DNA of 64,000 nucleotides from Felis catus. Lineage: Eukaryota. The translations under genes and the position numbers were made by a program. Location: contig NC_058368.1 in the NCBI RefSeq assembly GCF_018350175.1, positions 17,362,001 through 17,426,000 of the forward strand, in the 5' to 3' direction. Positions 37,816 through 48,742 of the stretch are shown piece after piece. The notes beneath the pieces were generated by a model. The model was not told the origin of the DNA. It worked only from the letters and a program-made list of their open reading frames with translations, and searched no databases. Every line of letters begins with the position of its first letter. The first letter of the stretch is position 1.

Positions 37816-38131
37816 GTTTCCTTCTTCTATCTGGAACCAACTTTGGTCACACTGCTAACAGTCTTGGAAAAGCTCCAGAGTTTTTATTAAGCCCGTAAAA
37901 TTCGGAATCATTCTGGAGAACACAAACCCACTTCTGTGTCCAAATCATTTCAACATTTCACAATTTTACTGTGTCCCTCAATTTACAGCTTCATTTATAT
38001 AGACTAATGCTTTTGGAAGGGGGGGGGGGGGAATCTTGGTCTATTATAATCAATCTGTATATTTCATAGTGACCTCTCTCAACGTTCCCTGATTCTATTT
38101 TGCCTCCCTTCTAGACATCTTTTCTTGTCAG

Positions 38132-38166
38132 AAAACAAAACAAAACAAAACAAAACAAAACAAAAT
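38132..38166. repeat. (AAAAC)n microsatellite
   Basis: Direct reading. Confidence 0.9.
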
Positions 38167-38324
38167 ACTTTTGTGTCTCTTATCACTCAGAATTCTTCCG
38201 ATAGCACCCCTTGGCTAGAATGTTTAAAGATGAGACCGTTCTGACTTCAAATTTGGAAGAAATCCTGCCCATCAGAAGTCCCAGGTCATCCATATTTCCA
38301 TTCTTGCGCACTCTCCCCATGTAG

Positions 38325-38429
38325 GTTCTCTCTATCCCACCAGCATGCGCATCGGCGAAGAGGGGCGCTTGGTCGTGAACTTCAAGACGGAGGCTCAGTT
38401 CCACGGCTTGTTTGTACTCTCCCACCCGG
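38325..38429 (+). CDS. FREM2: FREM2 coding exon (~exon 18)
   Basis: atgtag|GTTCT...CCGG|gtaag; 105 nt; [35 protein letters not shown]. Confidence 0.94.
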
Positions 38430-39594
38430 GTAAGCCTTGTAATCCACTAACAGGCATGCCCTAGACAGCAGGATACAGATTTCCCACACCCACAAGTGCC
38501 GTGTTTCAGCATGCTTCCGCGGGAGGTCTGAAACCCTCCTTTCAAATGAATTATCACTGTGACTTACCTGCAGGGTGCCTGAGAATTGCTCAGCTCCCTC
38601 TCATCAGCTACATAGTCATCATGTACGTAGATTTTTGGAGAAAACGCAAAAGGGTTAAAGTAAATTTAAAAGAAAATTCTGAGTTCATTTTTGGTGCAGT
38701 CTGCCTTGGATAAAGAGCCTAGCAACAACAATCCCCTTCTCTGCTTCAATTCTGTTGTATGAGAAGTGGAATTTTAGGTCGTTTGTTCCGCGAGCCCTTC
38801 TCTGTTCACAATTATTTTCTAGACACTGTAAGAAACCTTTGTAACAGAGGCAGAAGTGGCACTTCAGTGTGATACTTACATTTCAGACATGGTAACTAAT
38901 TATCTTTAATAAGGATTGGCTGTGTCATTTTACTAACTGTGACAGCAGATTGTGGTTTGAATATCAACGAGGAGGCAGTATCACTGAAGTCTTATGTCCA
39001 GGCCTTTTTTTTTTTTATAAAGGATATTTCATTAGACATCTTTTTTTATTTGATTCTCCATATCACTAAATTGGTTTTGCGTATTGTCCCTTTGACAACT
39101 GTTGTCAGATTGGAAGGGGAAAATAGTTCACTTACTGTCTTCTCCTTCCTTCCTTTTTCTGGGTTTGAGCTCTAAACAAAGGAGAGAATAGGGCTGAAAT
39201 TCAGAAGAGAAAGAGGGTTCGTTGTAGTTTTATGAGACTGAGCCGCAAGAAAAACAGACCCAAAAAGGCTCATTTTGCTTTATTATAATTGACAGTTCCG
39301 GAAAATAAAATTTCTTGGTCTTTACAGGTCCCTTCCACATGTCTACCTTTCTAATAAACTGAATCTTTGTTTAGACACAATTACAGACAATCTAAGTAAA
39401 ATTAGATTCCACTTATAAATTGGGTTTTCCCGGCTGTGTGGATGCTGATAGACGAAAACTCAGCTCATAGCCCCGGTGCACAATAAATGCATTCACATCA
39501 GCTTTTATTGCTCTGCTGTCTCTCCCTGGAAAGTAGCCCTGAACTGTGGGAGCACAATTATCTGCACAAGTATCTCTTGATAGAATTATAAAGT

Positions 39595-39800
39595 GGAAAA
39601 AGGCACTGAACTAGGAATCAGAGGGCACACATCCCAGCTGTGTGATCTTGGGAGAGTCACCATAATCAGTCTCAGCCCGGTTTCTCGGGGACAAAATGAG
39701 GACAATTATACCAACACTGTGACTTTGAAAGCTTGGTGTTAAAAGCAAGCAATGTACGATAAGTTACTTTGAAAACTCTAATGTGTTATGTACTCTTTTA
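39595..39800 (+). mobile_element. MIR relic
   Basis: gcactgaactaggaatcaga...agctgtgtgatcttgggagagtcac...aaaatgaggacaatt. Confidence 0.6.
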
Positions 39801-39835
39801 ACTACTATACCATTATTATAATGGCACTTTTCTAG

Positions 39836-39963
39836 CATCCTTCACGAGCTCAATGATCATGTCGGCTGACCATCCAGGCCTGACCTTTTCCCTGCGCCTC
39901 ATAAGGAGCGAACCCACCTACAACCAGCCAGTACAGCAATGGAGCTTTGTCTCTGACTTTGCC
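39836..39963 (+). CDS. FREM2: FREM2 coding exon (~exon 19)
   Basis: ttctag|CATCC...TGCC|gtaagt; 128 nt; [43 protein letters not shown]. Confidence 0.94.
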
Positions 39964-40028
39964 GTAAGTGACTCCGGCTCTTACTTAAGTTTGCTTTTCT
40001 GCTGCCTTTGATTACACCTCAGATTCTT

Positions 40029-40259
40029 TTTTTTTTTTTAATGTAGTTTATTGTCAGGTTGGCTAACATACAGTGTGTACAGCGTGCTCTTGGTTTGGGG
40101 GGTAGATTCCCATGGTTCGTCGCTTCCATACAATACCCGGTGCTCATCCCAACGAGTGCCTTCCTCAATGCCCGTCACCCATCTTCCCCTCTCCCCCACA
40201 CCACCCCCCCATCAACCCTGTTTGTTCTCTGTATTTAAGAATCTCTTACGGTTGGCCTC
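40029..40259 (-). mobile_element. 5'-truncated felid/carnivore L1 3' UTR insertion
   Basis: poly-T, ccatacaatacccggtgctcatcccaac...ccccatcaaccct; perfect TSD cacctcagattctt (40015-40028/40260-40273). Confidence 0.88.
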
Positions 40260-40310
40260 CACCTCAGATTCTTACATGAAGAACATAAACATCCTCTCTT
40301 CTCCTCAAAG

Positions 40311-40445
40311 GTGCGTGACTATTCGGGGACCTACACCGTAAAGCTGCTGCCATGCACCATTCCATCGAATCAAGAGTACCGTCTGCCAGTCACCTGCAAC
40401 CCCAGAGAGCCTGTCACCTTTGACCTTGACATACGGTTCCAACAG
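40311..40445 (+). CDS. FREM2: FREM2 coding exon (~exon 20)
   Basis: tcaaag|GTGCG...ACAG|gtgtg; 135 nt; [15 protein letters not shown]...LDIRFQQ. Confidence 0.95.
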
Positions 40446-40681
40446 GTGTGCCTTTTGGAGTTATTTTCCCCTGACTTACAGAATCCCATTTTATTAAGGT
40501 CACGGTCTTCTCAGTAAAAATAAATAAATAAATTCACCCAATGACTTTAATTCTCACATGTGCCGAGAAAAAAGGAAGTCAGACAAGAAGGAAGCAAGAA
40601 AGGAAGGAGAGAGGAAAGACTGCCCTTTATCTGGCATTGGTTCAGGATATACAACTCATAGTTGAAGAGTATGCAAGGGTT

Positions 40682-40901
40682 GGGGCACCTGGGTGGCTCA
40701 GTCGGTTGAGCGTCCGACTTCAGCTCAGGTCATGATTTCACCATTTGTGAGTTCAAGACCCACTTCAGGCTCTGGACTGACAGATTGGGGTCTGCTTCTA
40801 ATTCTCTGTCTCCCTCTCTCTCTGCCCCTCCCCCGCTCGCACAAGCTTTCTCTCTCCCTCTCTCTCTCTCTTTCAAAAACAAATAAACATTAAAATTTTT
40901 T
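40682..40901 (+). mobile_element. Can-SINE
   Basis: Degenerate TSD gaa.agtat..aagggtt. Confidence 0.9.
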
Positions 40902-41359
40902 AGAAAAGTATAGAAGGGTTTTTTTGTTTGTTTTTTGTTTTTGTTTTTCTTATGTGATCTTGTCTCCTCCTGGAGTTTGCTGCCTTGAGGTCTGAGAATT
41001 TTCCCAAGAGTTCTTCTGCACCTTCTTTATCTTATTCTTGATCTTCAAGGAAAGTAAATATCCTATAGTTCATGCCACCTCAAAGGGCCTAACTGCCATT
41101 ATATATTAAAAGACAGGTGATGGCACTTTTTGTCCAAGAACTTCTATTAAGAGCTGGCCTTCCACTGACCTTGATATACCCTGTTACACCAACGGAAAAG
41201 AACTCAAGCAGTGCTATTTAGTCCCAGCCAAAAAATTTCACTTCACCAGGTCTGCCTTCTCAAGAAAGACAGAGCCAGTGTTATAATTACCTTCATTAGT
41301 TTGGTTGGGTGTGAAAATCGCAGTACAGGCTTTAGGACTCCACAGGTCCATGTACACAG

Positions 41360-41360
<1 letters not shown>

Positions 41361-41392
<32 letters not shown>

Positions 41393-41398
41393 CGTGTG
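41361..41398. repeat. (TG)n microsatellite
   Basis: Direct reading; ~67 nt upstream of exon 21. Confidence 0.9.
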
Positions 41399-41465
41399 AA
41401 TAATGTATTTATGCACCACCAGAACAATCAACAACACGTAAAAGGGCTTTTACACTTGGTTTCAG

Positions 41466-41592
41466 GTCAGCGACCCGGTAGCAGCTGAGTTTAGCTTGAA
41501 CACCCAAATGTACCTACTCTCCAAGAAGAGTCTCTGGTTGTCTGATGGATCCATGGGATTTGGGCAAGAGAGTGATGTCGCCTTTGCAGAAG
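41466..41592 (+). CDS. FREM2: FREM2 coding exon (~exon 21)
   Basis: tttcag|GTCAG...GAAG|gtatc; 127 nt; [21 protein letters not shown]...VAFAE. Confidence 0.95.
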
Positions 41593-42432
41593 GTATCATT
41601 TCACAAGGGGGACACCTGCTCTGTTTGCCAATGCATCTGTTGGGCTTTGCTCTCTTGGGGTCATGTTTGAGAGGGGAAATTGTAACCCCTGCTATGGTTA
41701 TGAGAATATCACTGGGTCTTTGCCACTCTGACAGGGATGGGGTAGGGCCACTGAAATTGTATGTATGTTATTGGATGGTTTTTCTTCTGGGGAAATAAAG
41801 AATTTATTTCTATGTCCCTTACCTAAGTGACTTTTGGAACAAATCTAGGTTTGTTTCCTTCAGTCTCTTCTCAAGGTGCGTAGACTCAAATCCTACAGCT
41901 ACTTGAGATTATAAATGCCTCATGGGCAAGGGGTATAGCTGTCTTGTTCAGTGATGTCTTTCTAACACCTAGCAAAATGCCTAACATGCATGGCAGGAGT
42001 TCAGTACTAGCTGTGAAAAAGATGATTGAATACCAGGGAATTTCCCTAAACTCTCTTTCAAAATCAAATAAAGCTAACCCAGCTTTTTATCGATATTCCT
42101 TTTTTTATAGGCTTTATTAGTCTGCGTCTTGGCAAGTAATTTGTTTATCTAAAGCAGGCTTTAACCACAGTGGAATATTATGAATATTAAACCATAGGCC
42201 AAGCCTGAAGGTTCTTCCTGCTACCGGCCGAGCACGGGAGGGTCAGTAAATCTTCAGTCACATATAGTCAGTTCTCAAAGTGGTGTTAGCCTGGGAGCGT
42301 GTGAGATCCTGAAGGTCTTCCAATATTCGATGCCAGATTAGGAAAAGAAGGAAATACCCTCTGGTATTTGCAGTGTCACATAGACACATTTTGCCATGTA
42401 ACCGAAATAACATTGCCACGTCTCTGTTTCAG

Positions 42433-42620
42433 GTGATATAATTTATGGTCGAGTCATGGTAGATCCTGTCCAGAATCTAGGTGATTCCTTTTACTGCAGC
42501 ATTGAGAAGGTGTTCCTGTGCACTGGAGCTGATGGCTATGTTCCCAAATATAGTCCCACGAATGCAGAATATGGCTGCTTAGCTGATTCTCCTTCGCTCC
42601 TGTATAGATTTAAAATTGTG
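42433..42620 (+). CDS. FREM2: FREM2 coding exon (~exon 22)
   Basis: tttcag|GTGAT...TGTG|gtaagt; 188 nt; [20 protein letters not shown]...YRFKIV. Confidence 0.95.
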
Positions 42621-42838
42621 GTAAGTGCTTTGACCCAAACAATGAACTAGGTAGACACTCAAAGTCAAGTGTTTTTGCCTGATGTTTAAAAACAATAGCA
42701 TCTTTTCAAATGGTGACATTTGAAGCCAAATGGTGACATTTTATACTTATACTTGCACAAAACTAAACGAAAGAAACACTCTGTACTTGCAAAAGTTGTC
42801 ATTAGCTACAGCACTCCTCATTCTCTTGTTGCTTAAAG

Positions 42839-42985
42839 GACAAAGCTCAGCCAGAGACACAAGCCACCAGTTTTGGAAATGTCCTGTTTAATGCCAGACT
42901 AGCAGTGGATGACCCTGAAGCTGTTCTCTTAGTGAATCAGCCTGGATCCGATGGGTTTAAAGTCGACTCAACAGCACTCTTTCAG
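42839..42985 (+). CDS. FREM2: FREM2 coding exon (~exon 23)
   Basis: ttaaag|GACAA...TCAG|gtggg; 147 nt; [26 protein letters not shown]...DSTALFQ. Confidence 0.94.
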
Positions 42986-43829
42986 GTGGGCCAGTAACAA
43001 GCCACTTACAACAGCTCCACGAGGACATTCAGGTTACTTAATATCAGAATGCCCCAGATGTCTTCTATTAAATGGCAGTGACAGTAATATTGCAGAAGTC
43101 ATAGTAACATTGAAAAAGGTAATGTAGGTAAGCCCCACAGGACCATATTGAGCACATGGTGAGCATTCTGTAAACTCTCATTGTTATTTTTATTAATGCC
43201 TCAACATTACTTTAGGTTCATGTGTAAAGAAGACCCTCATTCAGCCCAGAATATAAATCTAAGTCTGATGGTTGGGAACTCTGCTTTTCTTCTTCAAAAC
43301 TTCCTTCCTGTCGACTTTCTATGACCATCTTTATTAGAGTGATCTTGTATGAAACGCTGGATTCCAAAAAACAAGTGGGCGCTGCTCATAAATCTCCACT
43401 CCCAAAGACTTTATAAACTAGGACAGGATGTCCTAACCTAGAGGTAGATGGTAAAGAGACCCACATGACCGTAACACTGAGCAGACAATTGAGAAAAATT
43501 CAGAGATGTGTTCCCACTGTGAATCCTTGAGGGAGCAAGTACAGCTTTTAGGAAATTTACTGAAAATTGTCCAGACAGGATGGGCTGCAGAAACACATTA
43601 TCTTTATTCAACCCTAAAGGAAGAATCTTAAGGAAGTATATTTGTTGTTCTGAGTACTTTTTTAAAATTATTTTTACTGTTAACACTCAAAGCATTTGAC
43701 CCCTTCTAAATCCTGAAAGTTTCAAAAAACCATCAGAAAATCCCTTCTTTTCACAGGCCCTGGAAAAGCAGAAAAACTGACCTCTTCTACGGTCTTGTGT
43801 GTAAATATGCAGCAAGACAAATCGGACGA

Positions 43830-43992
43830 GAGTCCTGAGGGTCAGAAGGTCTGAGTTCCAGTCCTGCCTCTGCCACTAACTAGTTGAGGGACACGAGCAA
43901 GTTACTGCTGTGCATTCTTGTTTACTCGTTGTTGAGATGAATAAGTTAAGCTGTGTGATATTTAAAGCTCTTTACAGCTCTGACGTTCAATG
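43830..43992 (+). mobile_element. MIR relic
   Basis: gtcagaaggtctgagttccagtcctgcctctgccactaactag. Confidence 0.65.
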
Positions 43993-44119
43993 GCTACAAG
44001 TCACAGATGACCAAATACTTACCGGCACACCCTCCCTCAAGAGTTGCACAAAATATTTGAGAGTGCTCTACACAAAGCCTTGTACGTACTATACGCGCAA
44101 AAATAGTCAGTAGATTCCA

Positions 44120-44350
44120 GGGCGCCTGGGTGGCTCAGTCAGATAAACATCTGACTTCAGCTCAGGTCATGATCTCACGGTTTGTGGGTTCAAGCCCCAC
44201 GTCGGGCTCTGTGCTGACAGCTCAGAGCCTGGAGACTGCTTGGGATTCTATGCCTCCCTCCCTCTCTCTCTGTCCCTCCCCTGCTCGCATTCATCAGATC
44301 TCTCTCTCTCTCTCTCTCAAGAATAAATAAACATTAAAAAATTTTTTTTG
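44120..44350 (+). mobile_element. Can-SINE
   Basis: Full body; flanks share agtagattcc. Confidence 0.92.
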
Positions 44351-44482
44351 AAATAGTAGATTCCTTTTGCAGACTAAAGTCTATTATCAGTTATTGTCTC
44401 TGCCATTAACTTCTCTTGCAATAGCCATGCAGTAGGTTGGTATGGTATTTAATTTTCTAACAAACAGAGCTGTGTTTTCTAG

Positions 44483-44995
44483 GTGGCTCTGGGCCGAGAG
44501 TGGTACATACACACCATCTACACAGTAAGATCGAGAGACAACGCCAATCGAGGTATTGGCAAAAGAAGCGTGGAGTACCAGCACCACTCTTTGGTGAGTT
44601 CAGGGAAGCCCCGGGCAGGTACCAAAGGCCGGAAGAAGAGGGAGATGAGGAGCCCACCCCCGCTGGCCTGGGAAATAGGTGCTGAAAACAACCGGGGGAC
44701 AAACATCCAGCACGTCGCCCTGGACCGCACCAGCAAGAAGCAGATCCCCCGAGGGAGAGTTCCTCCTGATGGCGTCCTCCCCCGGGAGCTCAACCCTCCC
44801 AGCTCTGAGGTCAGCCTGGCCACGGTGGTGGGAGGCATCGCCGTGGGGTTACTCACCCTCTGCCTTGCCGCCATCACGGTGACGATGTGCCAGAGCAAGA
44901 AGGGCGCCCGGAGAAAGGACGCCCTGAAGGGCTCGGGCAGCAGCAAGCCCATGATGCCCCCACAGAGCCACCACCACGACAGCTCAGAGGTTTGA
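44483..44995 (+). CDS. FREM2: FREM2 terminal coding exon (~exon 24): furin-type site, TM helix, cytoplasmic tail
   Basis: ttctag|GTGGCT...[19 protein letters not shown]...RKKR...[25 protein letters not shown]...HDSSEV*. Confidence 0.96.
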   Translation: MALGREWYIHTIYTVRSRDNANRGIGKRSVEYQHHSLVSSGKPRAGTKGRKKREMRSPPPLAWEIGAENNRGTNIQHVALDRTSKKQIPRGRVPPDGVLPRELNPPSSEVSLATVVGGIAVGLLTLCLAAITVTMCQSKKGARRKDALKGSGSSKPMMPPQSHHHDSSEV

Positions 44996-47682
44996 CGACC
45001 ACAGGCGGATTCAGCCTTTTCCTCAAGTGCCTCGGAAAGACGATAGAAACCCAAGTGCTTCCGTAAACAGCAGAGCTTTGGGGACTTCTGCCACGAAGCT
45101 GCTCAGAGGACCTGACCGGACTACTGAACTTGGATTTGAATTCTGTCCACTCTTTCATGCGTCACAGAACAAATTCAGACCGCAGACCGCATCTTTCTTC
45201 TTGCCCAAAAGGCAACCTACGCAGAGCCAGCGATGGACCGCCAGGGATGTACTTCACATTTAGGCATTTTCTCCACACAGCGGAGACAAATCTATTCAGA
45301 GGTGCTACAGACTCCGTCAGAAGTTTAAGAGGAGTCTATTGTTGCTATGTTAGTCTGAACCTTGAAGGTGCAATTATCACATCATTTATTCACTGCCTAA
45401 CAGTTTATTACTAGGACGGTTTAATTGCTAGTCTGAAAGGATGACAAACACACTGTTTATTATGACAAGTTTTCTAACAGGCGAAGACGGCACGGAAGTA
45501 TGACCAGGGATAGCTCGACCCATAATTCACCTCTTCTACTACATGGGAGGGAATGGAAGGAAAGAGAGAGGGAAGTAACTGACTAGTTTGGATTTGAATT
45601 ATGGTGCCCTTGTTTTATTTGCTTATTTAATTTTAAATTAAACCAAAGAATATGTTCCATCTGGAAGAGATTGTTGAAGAAAGACTTTGCTGTTATATAG
45701 TGAGAAGTAGTCGAGTTCTTGCATGGTAGTATACCTAATTGGTGGCCAGCATTTGTGGGAAATGAGAGGGTTGATGGCGTTTGGATGATGAAGAAATGCT
45801 GTAGCGTTAGATTTGCATTTATAAGACAATGTTCTCTAAGAACTGAGCCTAGATATTCGCAGTATTGAACCCACAGATGATAATGAAAAATATCATTACA
45901 GGTGGTGGAGGGAGAAAGTGATATTTATTAGCATAACGTGTTTAACCGAAGTGCCTCTATACACATTTTATAGAACATTTTGCCAGATGACACCTGAGGT
46001 TAACCCTCAGAGTAGCACAATCACATAACAATGTCCAGAACTCGAACTGGCCATAGGACATTTCATTAACTTGCTAATCAGCATCTGGTCTAAGCCAGGG
46101 GACTCTCTGCCACTGTCATTCCAGAGGTGTTCTTGGAGGTGCCTTCTTCTTCTTTGATCCAGGAGGAGAGTAGCATTCTGTGACATCTGCAATTCAGGGA
46201 GCTGGTGCAGTGCGATCCCTGAGTATCTGAAAATGTAATGCTTAACACCGCTTACAGTGTTAAAAACCAAGAAACATAGGGAGCTTGCTTGGCAAGGCTC
46301 CTGTCGCCTTTCTGGAAAAAAAAAAATGTGCTTTTACCAAATGGCAGAGATTTCGGTTGGAAAGGGAAGGAAAATGTCAGTGGTCTAATGACCAATCTTC
46401 CAAAAGCTGGTAAATGTATTTCAAGCAAAAAGAAGGTCGGGAGAAAAAGAACCGTGCCTAAAGACTAACCAACCCTCAAATGTCGCCTGGAATCCTCGTT
46501 CACTTGCATCCGTAGCCTGGCCACACTGGACATCTAGTGGAATGGATCTTACCTGGTGTCTGTGAGCACCAACCATCTCTTTATTGGAAAGAACAAAAAA
46601 GAATCTACACTGGTGCTGAGAGAGAGAGGTGAAAAGTGTCTGATACTCGCCTCTCTTCTTTTGAGCAGCTCTGCACTTGACATTCAAAGTCTTTCAAAGA
46701 ACATGGTGGACCGTAGTCCCCTTCCATTGGGAAATTTACAAATATCACCTATTACTCAAAGGTGTCCCCCCACCCTGGGACTTACATAAAGTACCGGATG
46801 GCCCAGGAGTTCAGTTGTCAAATAAACATCAGTGCTTTCTTAATTGTCCCCTTTCCTTTTGCTTCGCATTCTGGCAGATGCTTGGCTACTTCTTCAGTTA
46901 TCTCGTAACTAGTATAGGCATAAGCGTGAATGACACAGCTTCAAATGTGTGGACTTCTCATGACTTAGCATGGGGTTCCATTCACTTAGTGAGAGCAAGT
47001 ACCCTCAATTGACCTTATGCTACTTTGGTAGCTTGGGTGCTTCAGAGCCTACCGTGTGGTCTTGGGCGTCTCTGTCACTGAGTGTAGTAATTAGTGAAGC
47101 ATCGTTACAACATGTCTGTTTTGAGCCCTTGGGCCACACTGGCTTTGTACCAAACTTCACTCCACAATTAGTTTTTCTAGTGAGATTGCCATGTATAAAT
47201 TGGAGAGTTTATAAAATACAGGATATGTCCATCCTTTCCTAATAAAGAAGTTTCTTCCTCTCCACCCATTTCCTTCTCTCTTTCTCTCCCTTTCTGTCTT
47301 CTTCTTTTCCTTCCTCCCCTTGAAAACAGAGAGTCTGTGGGAAATAGGCAGATACAGCTTTCTTAAGTATAAAGTGTTTGGATTTCGGCATCATTTCTTT
47401 TGTATCTATTCACTTAATATGTGATTTAATATACATTAATCATAAAAACTCTTTTTAGTGGAAGAAAGAATCAGGCAAAATGCTTTATTGTTCAATAAAG
47501 CAGACCCTTTTTTTCAATATTTTGTTTTTAGAGAATTATGCTGGTATTATCAGATCCAATTACATAAAATAACTTCCCATAGACAACAGGATGTAGCTAT
47601 AATAGCTCCTTAGATGCTCAGTAGCTTCTGACCCTAATTAAAACAAGATTTTCTTGATGTTGCATAGTAAACCCAAAACACA

Positions 47683-47683
<1 letters not shown>

Positions 47684-47727
<44 letters not shown>
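47684..47727. repeat. (TA)n(GA)n compound microsatellite in the FREM2 3' UTR
   Basis: Direct reading. Confidence 0.92.
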
Positions 47728-48520
47728 CCTTAGTAGCTCCCCTAGCATATGAACTATGAAGCATTAAAATACGTAATTATGTTTTAATCATGGTTTTACT
47801 TGTTCCAGTTCATTCCCTCTGTTAACATTTACTAAATGCTTTCCTAGAATTAGCCACTTTGAGAGATTAGACAGAAACCAGGATATCCTCCCTGCTCTCA
47901 GGCAGGTTATGCTCAAATGTGGCATTTCTCTTAGTCTAAAGGAATCAAGATTTACATTAGGTCCTCCCCTGGACCAGGAACACACCAGGTGTATCTGTGA
48001 ACCACAATTTAAAATCTCTCCAGAGCGCTGACAGTGGCTGTAATCTTTTTCATCTGAAAGAACCCCACATGTTATAGATCATTCTGATTGTGGATCTCAT
48101 GCAAAATGTTTCAAATCAATAATTTAATGGAATTGCCCTTCAGAAATCTACACAGAGAAGGTACGTTGCAGGGATGTGGATAGCCCTGTATATTCTTTTC
48201 CTCTGAATGGAAGACATGCCTACTTTATTCCAAGAATGGGATATAACGCATAAACTCTTGTTCCAGACCGTGAACATCCCCAATACCTCCTGAAGTGCAC
48301 CCTCCCACAAGCCTCCACAATGTTTGAATAGTGTGAGTAAAGGTCAACTGAAATTCTGCCATGCTACTGCATAGCATTTGTGATAAGAAGGACGGATTCT
48401 AGGCTCAATATGAAGAGATTTAGTTCTATAAGCAGCAAACAACTTCTTTATCAAGTCCTCTTACCTCTAAGTCTTTCCCAGGGAACCGACTCCAAGGTCC
48501 ATTTTAAAAATGGAAATGGA

Positions 48521-48742
48521 GGGCCGCCTGGGTGGCTCAGTCGGTTAAGCATCTGACTTCAGCTCAGGTCATGATCTCATGGCTTGTGGGTTCATGCCCC
48601 ACGGCGGGCTCTGTGTTGACAGCTCAGAGCCTTGAGCCTGCTTCAGATTCTGTCTCCCTCCCTCTCTGCCCCTCCCCTGCTCATGCTCTGTCTCTCTTTC
48701 AAAAATAATTAAACATTAAAAGAAATAATAATAAAAAGAAAT
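48521..48742 (+). mobile_element. Can-SINE in the FREM2 3' UTR (sense)
   Basis: Perfect TSD aaaaatggaaatgga (48506-48520/48743-48757). Confidence 0.94.

Larger units (their letters stand above)
8617..44995 (+). other. FREM2: FREM2 (FRAS1-related extracellular matrix 2), 3' part of the gene: 18 coding exons, 5' exons lie outside the window
   Basis: 18 AG/GT-bounded exons with compatible phases join into a stop-free 3500-nt frame (~1166 aa) with Calx-beta repeats, a TM helix and C-terminal DSSEV; adjacent convergent STOML3 matches known mammalian synteny. Confidence 0.97.

Noticed and set aside
44518..45054. 178-aa minus-strand ORF
   Set aside because: Antisense shadow of the GC-rich FREM2 terminal exon
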